From positions 640,001 to 704,000 of the forward strand of contig CAWBAN010000001.1 of the NCBI GenBank assembly GCA_963786935.1: a stretch of 64,000 nt of DNA, read 5' to 3'. Positions within the stretch are counted from its first letter, which is position 1. Every line of letters begins with the position of its first letter. This DNA comes from an uncultured bacterium (GTDB lineage: Bacteria; Krumholzibacteriota; Krumholzibacteriia; Krumholzibacteriales; Krumholzibacteriaceae). Made by a program: the position numbers and the translations under genes. The notes under the pieces are model-generated. The model was not told where the DNA came from, did no database searches, and was given only the letters and a program-made list of their open reading frames with translations. Positions 38,877 to 49,347 of this stretch are shown here, one piece after another.

Positions 38877-40236
38877 CACGCCGATCGACGCCGGGACCTA
38901 CTATTTTTTCAATCTCGGATGTCCCAAGAATCTCGTCGACGCGGAGCGAGCCGCCGCGGGGCTCGAGCGCGCCGGATGGCGCGCGGCCGCGTCCCCCGAT
39001 GCGGCTGCGCTGCTCGTCGTGACGACCTGCGCGTTCATCGCGAGCGCGATGGAGGAATCGGTCGAGGAGATACTCCGCGTCGGCGCCGCGAAAAAGCCGG
39101 GGCAGGCGCTTGCCGTGCTCGGCTGCCTCGTCACCCGCGAGGCCCGCTCGCTCCCCAAGCTCCTGCCCGAGGTCGATCTGTTCTGCGACGTGGGGGAGAT
39201 GCCGCTCCTCGCCGAGCGCGTCGCGCCGGCCGCCGACCGGGACGGGGGCCGTCTGGCGCGCGTCCGGAAAGCCGCGCGCGGCGCCCGCCCGATCGCCGGG
39301 CGGCGGCTCTTCACGCCTCCGCACATCGCCTATCTCAAGATTTCCGACGGATGCGCGAACCGGTGCAGCTATTGCACGATCCCGTCGATCAGGGGCGATC
39401 TCGCGAGCAGGCCGGCCGCCGATATCGTCGCCGAAGCGGCCGCGCTCGCCGCGGCGGGCGTGAAGGAGCTCGTCGTCGTCGCGCAGGATACGACCGCGTA
39501 CGGCCTGGACCGGGGCCGCGGCGAGCGCCTCTACGATCTTCTCGAATCGCTCGCCGACGGCGCGCGATTCGAATGGATACGGCTCATGTACCTCCACCCC
39601 GCGCACATCGACGTCAAGCGCCTCGTTCCCCTCATCAAGGGCGGAGCGATAAGCCCCTATCTCGATATTCCGATTCAGCACGTTTCCGACGCCGTTCTCG
39701 ATTCGATGGGACGGGGATACTCGAGGGCGGATCTCGACGCGCTGTTCGACGCGCTGCGCTCCGCGGGGGACGATCTCGTCCTGCGGACCACGGTGATGAC
39801 CGGATTCCCCGGCGAGACGGACGCGCATTTCAGAGAGCTCGCCGGCTTTCTCCAGGACGTCGCGTTCGACCATGTCGGCGTATTCGTCTATTCGCCCGAG
39901 GCGGGTACGCCGGCGGACTCGCTGGGGTGCAGGGTTCCCGCGCGGGCGGCACTCGCCAGGAAAGAGGAGCTGCTCGACATTCAGATGGACATCTCGCAGG
40001 ATCGGCTGACCGCCCGGCTCGGAAGCGAGATGAAGATTCTGATCGACGCCCGGATTCCTCCCGGCGAGCGTCCGCGCCGGGATATCGAATGGGAGGGGAG
40101 GTTCTACGGGCAGGCGTACGAGATCGACGGCGTCACGTACGTGAAGGGGGCCGCGCGCTCCCCGGGCGCGCTCGTGCGCGCGCGGATCGTCGAGGCGCAG
40201 GCCTACGATCTCATCGCGGAAATCGTGAGCGCGTAG
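38866..40236 (+). CDS. rimO: Ribosomal protein S12 methylthiotransferase
   Basis: LGCPKNLVD, AYLKISDGCANRCSYC, GFPGET and a TRAM domain. Confidence 0.95.
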   Translation: MKADTPIDAGTYYFFNLGCPKNLVDAERAAAGLERAGWRAAASPDAAALLVVTTCAFIASAMEESVEEILRVGAAKKPGQALAVLGCLVTREARSLPKLLPEVDLFCDVGEMPLLAERVAPAADRDGGRLARVRKAARGARPIAGRRLFTPPHIAYLKISDGCANRCSYCTIPSIRGDLASRPAADIVAEAAALAAAGVKELVVVAQDTTAYGLDRGRGERLYDLLESLADGARFEWIRLMYLHPAHIDVKRLVPLIKGGAISPYLDIPIQHVSDAVLDSMGRGYSRADLDALFDALRSAGDDLVLRTTVMTGFPGETDAHFRELAGFLQDVAFDHVGVFVYSPEAGTPADSLGCRVPARAALARKEELLDIQMDISQDRLTARLGSEMKILIDARIPPGERPRRDIEWEGRFYGQAYEIDGVTYVKGAARSPGALVRARIVEAQAYDLIAEIVSA

Positions 40237-40384
40237 GGCGTTCGGATCCGGCCGCTTCATCGGCATCCCCGCGGATTTCAATTGACTTTTTTCGCAATTG
40301 CGGACGATTATTAGGGTTAGATGTAATGTCGGCGAGCGGCTGACGCGTCGCCCCGTAGGCAACTCCGCGCGGAGGTGGAATTCG

Positions 40385-41074
40385 GTGGCTAATTTGTTTC
40401 GTGATAAGGGATTCGTGAAAACCGTGAGCATGGTATGCCTTATGGCCGTTCTCGGCGTCGATCCCCTTTTCGCTGCGTCGGAGCAATCCAAGCCGGAAAT
40501 TCCCACCAATTTCGAGATCATCGACCGGCTGTCCGCCGAATCGGCGCGGGAGGTCATCGCCGGGATCGGATCGGTCGGAAAGAACGACCTCGTTCTGCTG
40601 AACAAGGCGAAGACGGCGGGCAACGTCGATTTCGTGCTCGAAAACGCTTTCGTTCGTGAGATGCGCGCCGCGGGATTCCGGTTCGCGACCGAGTCGGCGA
40701 AAAAGGACGATCCGGTCAACGCGGGAGCGAAGTATCGTCTCTCCTACCAGATCGTGCGGTTGTCCGTCGGCTACACCGACATCTCGAGATCGTGGCTTTT
40801 CTGGAAGCGCGTGGAGCGGAGCGCCCAGGCCGACTTGTTCGTCCAGCTCATCGATCTCGCGACGGGGGACATCACGTGGGTCGGGGAAATCCACAAGCAA
40901 TACGGGGACAAGATCCCCTACGGGAAACTGAAGGCCGTCGAGGACCCGCAGTACGATTTCACGAGGCCTTCGCGGAGCGAGTTCAAGATGTCCCGGATCC
41001 TCGAGCCGATCGTGGTCGGCGGGATCGTCGTCGGGCTCGTGTATCTCTTCTTCTCCAATCAGAGCAGCGAATAG
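40385..41074 (+). CDS. Hypothetical exported/membrane protein
   Basis: GGAGG RBS and GTG 40385; signal-like N-terminus; C-terminal TM ILEPIVVGGIVVGLVYLFFS. Confidence 0.75.
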   Translation: MANLFRDKGFVKTVSMVCLMAVLGVDPLFAASEQSKPEIPTNFEIIDRLSAESAREVIAGIGSVGKNDLVLLNKAKTAGNVDFVLENAFVREMRAAGFRFATESAKKDDPVNAGAKYRLSYQIVRLSVGYTDISRSWLFWKRVERSAQADLFVQLIDLATGDITWVGEIHKQYGDKIPYGKLKAVEDPQYDFTRPSRSEFKMSRILEPIVVGGIVVGLVYLFFSNQSSE

Positions 41075-41099
41075 GCCGTCTCAGCGAAGGACTCTGGCG

Positions 41100-42017
41100 A
41101 TGCGTCCTCTTCCCGTTGCGCGGTGCCTCGTATCGGTCGTCATGCTCGCGACGCTCGCGGCCTCCTGCGGCCGCGAGCCGGTGCTCGACAAGGCGGCGAA
41201 GGAATACGAGGCGGGGCGCTACCGGGAGGCGGTGTTTCTGATCCGCCACAGCATCAAGCGGGGGGAATCGCCGTCGGCGGAGCTCCTGTATCTCTTCGGA
41301 AAGGCCTGGCTCAAATCCGGGAGCGAGGCGGAGGCGCAGAGCGCCTTCGAGGATTGCCGGAAGAAGGACGCGTCCTACTCGCCGAAAATCGCCCGGTTCC
41401 TGAAGGACGAGGCCGCCGCCAGCATCGCGGCCGCCGATGTCCCGCGCGGAAAGCGGATGATCGCGCTCGCGCTGAGCTTCCAGGGCGGGCTCGACTTCGG
41501 GGAACACAACGCGCTCGTGGGGAAGCTCGCGCTCGACCGCCGGGAGTTCGACCGAGCGATCTCCTATCTGCAGAAGTACCTGGACGCCTTCCCCGATGCG
41601 CCGGGCGCCGCAGAGGCGATGATCGATCTCGCGGCGGCGTATGAGCGGAAGGGGGACGCCGCCCGGGCGATCGAGGTGTACCGCAGATTCCAGGAGCGGT
41701 ATCCGCGCAGCCGGCTCGCGTCGAACGCGCTCTGGGAATTCGAGAACCTGCTTCTCAAGGAAGCGGAGAATCTGTATCGCGACGGCGCCGCGAGCGAAGC
41801 GGAGTCGCTCCTCGCCGAGCTCGCCCCGTCGGCGGGAAGCCCGCTCGTCGTCGAGCGCGCCAATTTTCTCCTCGGAGAGATCTGCGAGAAGCGGGGGGAC
41901 GTTTCGCAAGCCGTGCGCTACTATCGCGAAGTCGTGAACTCGGGATCGAGCGGCAAGCTCGTTCAGAAGGCGAAGGAGAACATTGAGAGACTCGAGATGC
42001 CGAAACGGCGCCGGTAA
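41100..42017 (+). CDS. TPR lipoprotein (CpoB/BamD-like repeats)
   Basis: Lipobox LAASC; YLDAFPD and FQERYPRS TPR motifs. Confidence 0.8.
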   Translation: MRPLPVARCLVSVVMLATLAASCGREPVLDKAAKEYEAGRYREAVFLIRHSIKRGESPSAELLYLFGKAWLKSGSEAEAQSAFEDCRKKDASYSPKIARFLKDEAAASIAAADVPRGKRMIALALSFQGGLDFGEHNALVGKLALDRREFDRAISYLQKYLDAFPDAPGAAEAMIDLAAAYERKGDAARAIEVYRRFQERYPRSRLASNALWEFENLLLKEAENLYRDGAASEAESLLAELAPSAGSPLVVERANFLLGEICEKRGDVSQAVRYYREVVNSGSSGKLVQKAKENIERLEMPKRRR

Positions 42018-42798
42018 AGCGCCCGTCGTGCTCGCGCTCCTCGCGCTCGCGGCGCTCTCCGCCGCGTCGTGCGGGGGCCCGTATACGCCGAAGAGGATGA
42101 ACGTGGCGACCGACAAGCTCGCCCTCGCCGATCGTCTGTTCGAGAAGGGCTCCCACGGGCAGGCGGCGGGTGAATACAAGGATTTCCTCGCGACGTTCGC
42201 CGGGGACGAGCGAAGCGATTACGCCCAATTCCGGCTGGCCGAATCGTACCGTCTCGACAAGGATTACGCGCTCGCCGAGGTCGAATACCGGATTCTCATC
42301 AACGACTACGGGTACAGCGATTACGTCGACGACGCGTTCTTTCTCGAAGGCGTATGCGCCTTCAGGCAGAGCCCCCGCTACGAGCGGGACCAGACGAAGA
42401 CCCATCAGGCGCTCGAGCGGCTGAACCGCTTTTTGCAGATGTTCCCGTCGAGCTCGCGCGTGGAGGAAGCGCAGGGAGTCCTGCGCGAGATTCACGAGAA
42501 GCTCGCGCACAAGGATTTCGCGGCGGCGAAGCTCTATTTCTCGAAGAAGCACTACGACGCCTCTCTCGTGTATCTGACCAAGATCATCGAAGCGTATCCC
42601 GAAACGATTTGGGCGGAGCGAGGCCGTTACTATCGCGGCTATATCAGGGAGGCGCGGGGGGAATTCGAGGGGGCCATCGAGGATTACCGGAGCGTGCTCG
42701 CGTCCAAAAGCCAGATCCCCGAACGGGCGAAAACGGACGAGCGGCTGCGGATTCTGGAGCGCGAGCTGGAAGGAACGCGGAAGACGGATGGAGGCTAG
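41983..42798 (+). CDS. bamD: Outer membrane protein assembly factor BamD (start uncertain)
   Basis: Lipobox AASC; YERDQTKT..AL..FLQMFPSS; KLAHKDF.AAKLY. Confidence 0.88.
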   Translation: MRDSRCRNGAGKAPVVLALLALAALSAASCGGPYTPKRMNVATDKLALADRLFEKGSHGQAAGEYKDFLATFAGDERSDYAQFRLAESYRLDKDYALAEVEYRILINDYGYSDYVDDAFFLEGVCAFRQSPRYERDQTKTHQALERLNRFLQMFPSSSRVEEAQGVLREIHEKLAHKDFAAAKLYFSKKHYDASLVYLTKIIEAYPETIWAERGRYYRGYIREARGEFEGAIEDYRSVLASKSQIPERAKTDERLRILERELEGTRKTDGG

Positions 42799-43387
42799 GA
42801 AGGAAACGATAGGGCTCTTCGGCGGCTCGTTCGATCCGATCCATACGGGGCATCTCATCCTCGCGCAGGCCGCCGCGAACGTCGTGGGTCTCGCGCGCGT
42901 CATCTTTATCCCGACCGCGGTACCGCCCCACAAACGCGACGTTCCCCTTACCGATATCGAAACGAGAGCCCGCATGGTCGCGCTCGCGATCGAGGGCAAT
43001 CCGCGATTCGAGCTCTCCCGCATCGAATCGGCGGACGGCGTCTCGTACACGTACCGGACCGTGCGGTCGTTCGCCGAGCGGGGGTACGGCCGCGGGGAGC
43101 TGCACCTGCTCGTCGGCGGGGACATGCTCGAGGAGATGGCGGAGTGGCGCGAACCGGAGGAGATATTCTCCCGCGCGACCGTTCTCGCCATGCCGCGCCC
43201 CGGGCACGAGCGCCTGCCGGCGCTCCCTCCCGAGGCGGCGATCATCTGCATGACGGAGGGGATCAACGGCATTTCGTCGCGGGCGATCCGCGCGCTCGTT
43301 CGGGAGGGGAAATCGATCCGGTATCTCGTTCCCGATGCGGTCGAGCGGTTCATCGCGGAGCATTCCCTCTACGCGCCGGGAATCTGA
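42788..43387 (+). CDS. nadD: Nicotinate-nucleotide adenylyltransferase
   Basis: GGSFDPIHTGH, PPHK, SYTY, ISSRAIR, YLVP. Confidence 0.95.
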   Translation: MEARKETIGLFGGSFDPIHTGHLILAQAAANVVGLARVIFIPTAVPPHKRDVPLTDIETRARMVALAIEGNPRFELSRIESADGVSYTYRTVRSFAERGYGRGELHLLVGGDMLEEMAEWREPEEIFSRATVLAMPRPGHERLPALPPEAAIICMTEGINGISSRAIRALVREGKSIRYLVPDAVERFIAEHSLYAPGI

Positions 43388-43388
43388 C

Positions 43389-46111
43389 ATGAGCGCTGCC
43401 GGGAATCTCTTCATCGTGGACGGACACGCGCTGGCGTACCGGGCGTACTTCGCCTTCATCAGGAATCCGCTCGTCAATTCCAAAGGGGAGAACACGGGGG
43501 CCGTCTTCGGATTTCTCCGGATGCTGCTCCTGCTCTTGAAGAAATACGAGCCGCGCTACCTCGCCGTCGTGTTCGACAGCGGCGAGGAAACCGACCGCCA
43601 TCGGGAGTACGCCGACTACAAGGCGCATCGCCCGGCGATGCCGGACGAGATGGTCGATCAGCTCCCCCTCATCCTCGAGGTCACCGAGGCCCTCGGAATC
43701 CGGACGATCGTCGAGCCGGGGGTCGAGGCGGACGACCTCATCGCCTCGCTCGCGCGCAAGGCGAACGCGGCCGGTCTCGACGCGAAGATCGTGACGGGGG
43801 ACAAGGATTTTCTGCAGCTGCTCTCCGACCATATCCGCATCATCCGCCCGGAAAAGGGCACGGCGCTCGAGGAGGAGATCGGCCCCGAGTTCTGCCGCGA
43901 GCGTTTCGGTCTCGAGCCGCGGCAGGTGATCGACCTGCTCGCCCTCATGGGGGACAGCTCGGACAACATCCCCGGGGTGCCGGGGATCGGCGAGAAAACG
44001 GCGCTCAAGCTCCTCCACGAGTTCGGATCGCTCGACGCGATCTACGACCGGATCGAGGAGGTGCGCCCCGAGCACGTGCGCGAGAAGCTCCGGAGCGGCG
44101 CGGAGAGCGCCCGGCTCTCGCGCGAGCTCGTGACCCTCCGGGACGCGGCCGTCGAGTTCTCGCCGGGCGCGCTCGAGATCGGCGCGCCCGAGGAGCGTCG
44201 GCTCACCGATCTCCTCCTGCGGCTCGAGTTCCATCAGATCATCAAGGAGTTGTTCCCCGCGGGGGAGGGGGACTCCTCCGGACGGACGTACGCGCTCGTG
44301 ACGGAAGGGGACCTCGACGGTCTCGCGCGGCGGCTCGAGCGCTCGCGGGAGTTCGTCTTCGACGTCGAAACGACGTCGGTCGATCCGCTCGAGGCGGAGC
44401 TCGTCGGCATCTCGTTCAGCACGGAGGAAGGAGCCGCCGTGTACGTTCCCGTCGCCGCGGCGCCGAAGGGGGAAGCGGCGGGACTGTTCCAGCAGGCGGC
44501 GCCTCCGCGCGGCATCGCGCCGGAGCGCGTTCGCGCGGCGCTCGGGCCCGCGCTCGCCGACGAATCGATCGCCAAGATCGGGCACAACATCAAATTCGAT
44601 TGCCTCGTGCTCGAGGCGCACGGATACCGGATCGGTGGGGTGTCGTTCGATACGATGATCGCGTCCTACTGCCTCGATCCCGAACGGCGCTCGCATTCGC
44701 TCGACAACCTCGCGCTCGAATTCGCGCGGCATCGGAAGATCCCGTACGCCGGCCTCTTTGCGGCGGGGGACCGGGCGAAGGACATCCGAACGGTCCCGCT
44801 CGATCGGCTGTGCGAATACTCGTGCGAGGACGCCGACTACACGATGCGGCTCAAGACGCTCTTCGAGGGGAGCCTCTCGGAACGCGGGCTCGCGTCGCTC
44901 TTCCGGGACGTCGAGATGCCGCTGTGTCTCGTGCTCAAGCGGATGGAGCAGGAGGGGGTGGCGATCGACGCGGCGAAGCTCGGCGCGCTTTCGCTCGTCG
45001 TCGCGAAGGAGCTCGACCGGCTCACGGAGGAGATCCACCGGCTCGCCGGCGGGGAGTTCAACATCAACTCGGCGAAGCAGCTCCAGGCGATCCTCTTCGA
45101 GAAGCTCGAGCTTCCGAGGGCCCGGAAGACGAAGACGGGATTCTCGACCGACGAGGAGGTGCTTTCGGAGCTCGCGCGGAGCCATCCGATCGCGCGGAGC
45201 GTGCTGGAGCACCGGCAGCTCTCGAAGATGCGGAGCACGTACCTCGACGCGCTCCCGCGGCTCGTGCACCCGCGGACGGGGCGCATCCACACGTCGTTCA
45301 ACCAGACGGTCGCGGCGACGGGCCGGCTGTCGTCGAGCGAGCCGAATCTGCAGAACATTCCGGTGCGGACGGAGCTCGGGCGCGCGATTCGGAGCGCCTT
45401 CATTCCGCGGCGCGGAAACATCCTCATGGACGCCGATTATTCGCAGATCGAGCTCCGTATCATGGCCCATCTCTCGAAGGACGAGGCGTTCGTCGCCGCG
45501 TTCCGCGAGGGGGGGACATCCACGCGAGAACGGCCGCCCGGATCTACGGCGTCGGCGCGGAATCGGTGACGCCCGACATGCGCGCCCGCGCCAAGACAAT
45601 CAACTTCGGCGTGATCTACGGCATGGGGCCTCGGGGGCTCTCCAACCAACTCGGTATCGGGCTCGACGAGGCGAAGCGCTTCATCGACGAGTATTTCGAG
45701 AAGTATCCGGGCGTGAAGGCGTACATCGATTCGGCGGTCGCCGAGGCGCGGCGGAAGGGCTACGCCGAGACGCTCCTCGGCCGCAAGCGGATTCTCGGCG
45801 AGATCGACAGCGAGAACAGCCGGGTGCGGAGCTTCACGGAGCGGATCGCGGTCAACACGCCGATCCAGGGGACGGCGGCCGACATGATCAAGCTCGCCAT
45901 GATCGAAATCGACCGGGACATCGCGGAGGCGGGGCTCGGGAGCCGCATGATACTCCAGGTTCACGACGAGCTCGTGTTCGAGGTCGTGCCGGCGGAGCGC
46001 GATCGTCTCGCCGCGATCGTGCGGGAGCGCATGGAATCGGCGATCGCCCTCGACGTTCCGGTCAGCGCGGAGATCGGTTTCGGGGAGAACTGGTTGGAGG
46101 CGCATCGATGA
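43389..46111 (+). CDS. polA: DNA polymerase I, frameshifted at a G7 run 45509-45515
   Basis: 5'-3' exonuclease (DGHALAYRAY, EADD, GDSSDNIPG), 3'-5' exonuclease (FDVETT), polymerase (DYSQIELR; then KTINFGVIYG and LQVHDEL in the next frame). Confidence 0.95.
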
Positions 46112-46758
46112 GGACGCCCGTCATCGGCATCACCGGCCCCATCGCGTCGGGAAAAACGACCGTCTCCCGGATCGTCGCCGCCGCCGGGGGCGCGCTCATC
46201 GATTGCGACGCGCTCGGGGGCCGGGCCCTCGAGGACGCGCGCGTGCGCCGCGCGATCGTCGCGGCCTTCGGGCGCCGCGTGCTCGGCCCGCGCGGCGCCG
46301 TGTCGCGCCGCGCGCTCGGACGCGTCGTGTTCGCGGACGACCACGCCCTCGAACGGCTCAACCGGATCGTCCGCGGACCGCTCAAGCGGATCATCACCCG
46401 CGAAGTGATGGAGCGCCGCGGGAGCGCTCCCTACATTGTGCTTGATGCGGTGCTTCTTTTTCAGTATAAATTCAGATTCAAAGTGGATTTTGCCGTCGTG
46501 ACAAAGGCTTCCCGCGCCACGCGTCTCGCGAGAATCATGCGGCGGGACGGCGTATCGCGACGAGAGGCGCTCGCGAGGATCGAGCGCCAGAGGACGCTCG
46601 AGCGGGGCTGGACGAGGGCCGACGCGACGATCGCGACGGACGGGCCGCTCGAACGCGTGCGAACGGAGGCCGCGAGAATCCGGGAGCGGTTTCTCGAGCG
46701 GCGCTCACCGACGGGGAGGAACGCGCGATGCAGGAAAAACTCACGCACCGGGAGATAG
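46108..46758 (+). CDS. coaE: Dephospho-CoA kinase
   Basis: IGITGPIASGKTT, IDCDALG, LGRVVF, RIMRRDG; ATGA overlap with polA. Confidence 0.92.
   Translation: MRTPVIGITGPIASGKTTVSRIVAAAGGALIDCDALGGRALEDARVRRAIVAAFGRRVLGPRGAVSRRALGRVVFADDHALERLNRIVRGPLKRIITREVMERRGSAPYIVLDAVLLFQYKFRFKVDFAVVTKASRATRLARIMRRDGVSRREALARIERQRTLERGWTRADATIATDGPLERVRTEAARIRERFLERRSPTGRNARCRKNSRTGR
46442..46470 (+). promoter_or_regulatory. Candidate internal sigma70 promoter in coaE for prfB-lysS
   Basis: TTGATG-N17-TATAAA in an AT-rich patch. Confidence 0.5.
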
Positions 46759-47847
46759 AAGAGCGGGTGCTCGATATGGAGCGGCAGCTTGCGGGGCTGC
46801 GCGGTTGCCTTTGACCCGGAGGGGATGCGGAAGGAAATAGCGTCGATCGAGACGGAGATGGGGAAGACCGGCTTCTGGGACGAACGCGAGAAAGCCGAGG
46901 GCTTCGTCTCGAAGCTCAAGGAAGTCAAGGGGAGGCTCGAGCCCCTCGGCCGCCTCGAGAACGATATCTTGCAGCTCAAGGATCTCCTCGCGATGCAGGC
47001 GGATGCCGAGGATCCGTCGATGCTCGACGAGCTCGCGAACGAGATTGTCGGGATTCGCAAACGGCTCGGAGAATTCGAGCTCAAGATCCTTCTCTCGGGG
47101 GAGAGCGACCGCGGCAGCGCGCTCATGAACATCCACCCGGGGGCGGGCGGCACCGAATCCCAGGACTGGGCGGAGATGCTTCTGCGGCTCTACCGGAAGT
47201 ATCTCGAGAAGAGCGGGTTCGAATACCGCCTCCTCGATCTCCAGCCGGGAGACGAGGCGGGAATCAAAAACGCGACGCTCGAAATCACCGGGGAGTACGC
47301 GTACGGGAAGATGAAAGCGGAGAGCGGCATTCACCGCCTCGTCCGCATCTCTCCGTTCGATTCGAACCACCGGCGCCACACGTCGTTCGTGTCGGTATTC
47401 GTGTACCCCGAGGTCGAGGACAAGATCGAAGTCGAAATCTCGCCGAACGATATCCGCGTCGACACGTATCGCGCGAGCGGCGCCGGCGGCCAGCACGTCA
47501 ACAAGGTGTCCTCGGCCGTGCGCATCACGCATTTCCCGACCGGCATCGTGGTCCAGTGCCAGAACGAGCGGTCGCAGCACAAGAACCGGGACATGGCGAT
47601 GAAGGTGCTCCGCTCGCGCATCTACGCGAAGCTGCAGGAGGAAGAGGATGAGCGGAAGGCGAAGGCGGCCGGCGAGAAGAAAGACATCTCGTGGGGAAAC
47701 CAGATCCGGAGCTACACGCTGCAGCCGTACACGCTCGTGAAGGATCATCGGACCGACGTCCAGACGAGCAACGTCCAGGCGGTGCTGGACGGCGAGATCG
47801 ACGAATTCATCGAAGGGTATCTCCGCTGGAAGGAAAGGAACGGATGA
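46728..47847 (+). CDS. prfB: Peptide chain release factor 2 with programmed +1 frameshift
   Basis: 28-codon first frame MQEKL...RGCL ends at CTT-TGA-C (46809-46815); the +1 frame carries SPF and GGQ. Confidence 0.96.
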
Positions 47848-47848
47848 C

Positions 47849-49342
47849 ATGAGCGACAAGGGTGCGCCCGCGGGAGGCCAGGAACGCGAGCAGCGCAAGG
47901 CGAAGCTCGCCCGGCTCCGGGAGTTGGGCGCGGCGCCGTACGCGTATCGATTCGAGCGCTCGCATACGACCGCCGAGGCGGTGTCGCGCGAGGCGGAGCT
48001 CGCCGCGAGCGGCGCGGCCGTTTCGCTCGCCGGCCGCGTCATGACGCTGCGGGGACACGGTCACACGGCGTTCGGCCACCTCAAGGACGCGGCCGGAAAG
48101 ATGCAGTTCTACATCCGCGACGACGAGGTGAGCGCGCGCGATTTCGAGATTTTCAAGCTCGTCGATATGGGGGACATCATCGGCGTCACGGGGACGATCT
48201 TCCGGACGAAGACCGGGGAGATCACCGTGCGTGTTTCGTCGCTTTCGCTTCTGAGCAAGGCGATCAACCCGCTCCCCGAAAAGTGGCACGGGCTCCAGGA
48301 CAAGGAGCTGCGCTATCGGCGGCGCTACGTCGATCTCATCGTGAACGACGACGTCTTCCGGACGTTCGTCCTCCGGTCGCGGATCGTCGAGGCGGTGCGC
48401 CGCTTTCTCCTCGCGCGGGATTTCATCGAGGTCGAGACGCCGATCCTGCAGCCGCTCTACGGCGGGGCGCTCGCGCGCCCGTTCGTCACGCATCACCACG
48501 CGCTCGACGTCGATCTCTATCTCCGCATCGCCGACGAGCTGTACCTCAAGCGCCTCATCGTCGGCGGCATGGAGCGGGTGTTCGAATTTGCAAAGGATTT
48601 CCGCAACGAGGGAATGGACCGGTCGCACAATCCCGAGTTCACGATGCTCGAGTGCTACGCGGCATACTGGGACTACACGGACATGATGGGGTTCGTCGAG
48701 GAGCTCTTCACGACGCTCGCCCGCGAAATCATCGGCGGCACGACCGTCCGCTACGGGGAGCACGAGATCGATCTCTCGGCGCCCTGGCGGAAGCTCGCGT
48801 ACTTCGACGCGCTTCGCGAGGCGGCGGGAACCGACGTGCGGCACGCGGAGGCGGCCGAGCTCGGGCGCGTGGTCCGTGCGCGCGGCCTCGATCCGGGCGA
48901 AGCCGAAACCCGCGGGGATTACCTCGACCTGCTCTTCTCCGAGCTCGTCGAGCCGCGGCTCATCCAGCCGACCTTCGTAATGGACTATCCGGTGGAGATC
49001 TCCCCGCTCGCGAAGATCCACCGGAGCGAGGCGGGCATCGTGGAACGGTTCGAGCCGTACATCGCGGGGTACGAGGTCGGGAACGCCTTCAGCGAGCTCA
49101 ACGATCCGGCCGACCAGCGGGCGCGGTTCGAGGCGATCGCGCGCGCGTGGAAGGGCGGCGATCGCGAGACGCACCCGATCGACGAGGACTACGTGCGGGC
49201 GCTCGAGTACGGCATGCCGCCGACGGGCGGGCTCGGCGTCGGCATCGACCGGCTCGTGATGCTGCTGACCGATTCGCCGTCGATCCGCGACGTGATCCTG
49301 TTCCCGCAGATGCGTCCGGAAGAGGGACGCGACAGAGAGTGA
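47849..49342 (+). CDS. lysS: Lysine--tRNA ligase (class II)
   Basis: PLPEKWHGL, FRNEG, HNPEFT, YGMPPTGGLGVGIDRL. Confidence 0.97.
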   Translation: MSDKGAPAGGQEREQRKAKLARLRELGAAPYAYRFERSHTTAEAVSREAELAASGAAVSLAGRVMTLRGHGHTAFGHLKDAAGKMQFYIRDDEVSARDFEIFKLVDMGDIIGVTGTIFRTKTGEITVRVSSLSLLSKAINPLPEKWHGLQDKELRYRRRYVDLIVNDDVFRTFVLRSRIVEAVRRFLLARDFIEVETPILQPLYGGALARPFVTHHHALDVDLYLRIADELYLKRLIVGGMERVFEFAKDFRNEGMDRSHNPEFTMLECYAAYWDYTDMMGFVEELFTTLAREIIGGTTVRYGEHEIDLSAPWRKLAYFDALREAAGTDVRHAEAAELGRVVRARGLDPGEAETRGDYLDLLFSELVEPRLIQPTFVMDYPVEISPLAKIHRSEAGIVERFEPYIAGYEVGNAFSELNDPADQRARFEAIARAWKGGDRETHPIDEDYVRALEYGMPPTGGLGVGIDRLVMLLTDSPSIRDVILFPQMRPEEGRDRE

Positions 49343-49347
49343 GCCGG

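Noticed and set aside
45509..45515. Programmed frameshift or phase variation in polA and lpxC-fabZ
   Set aside because: The same one-G deficit recurs in four unrelated genes, including normally essential ones, which fits homopolymer sequencing error
46812..46814. In-frame TGA as selenocysteine or a premature stop
   Set aside because: It is the canonical RF2 CTT-TGA-C autoregulatory frameshift site
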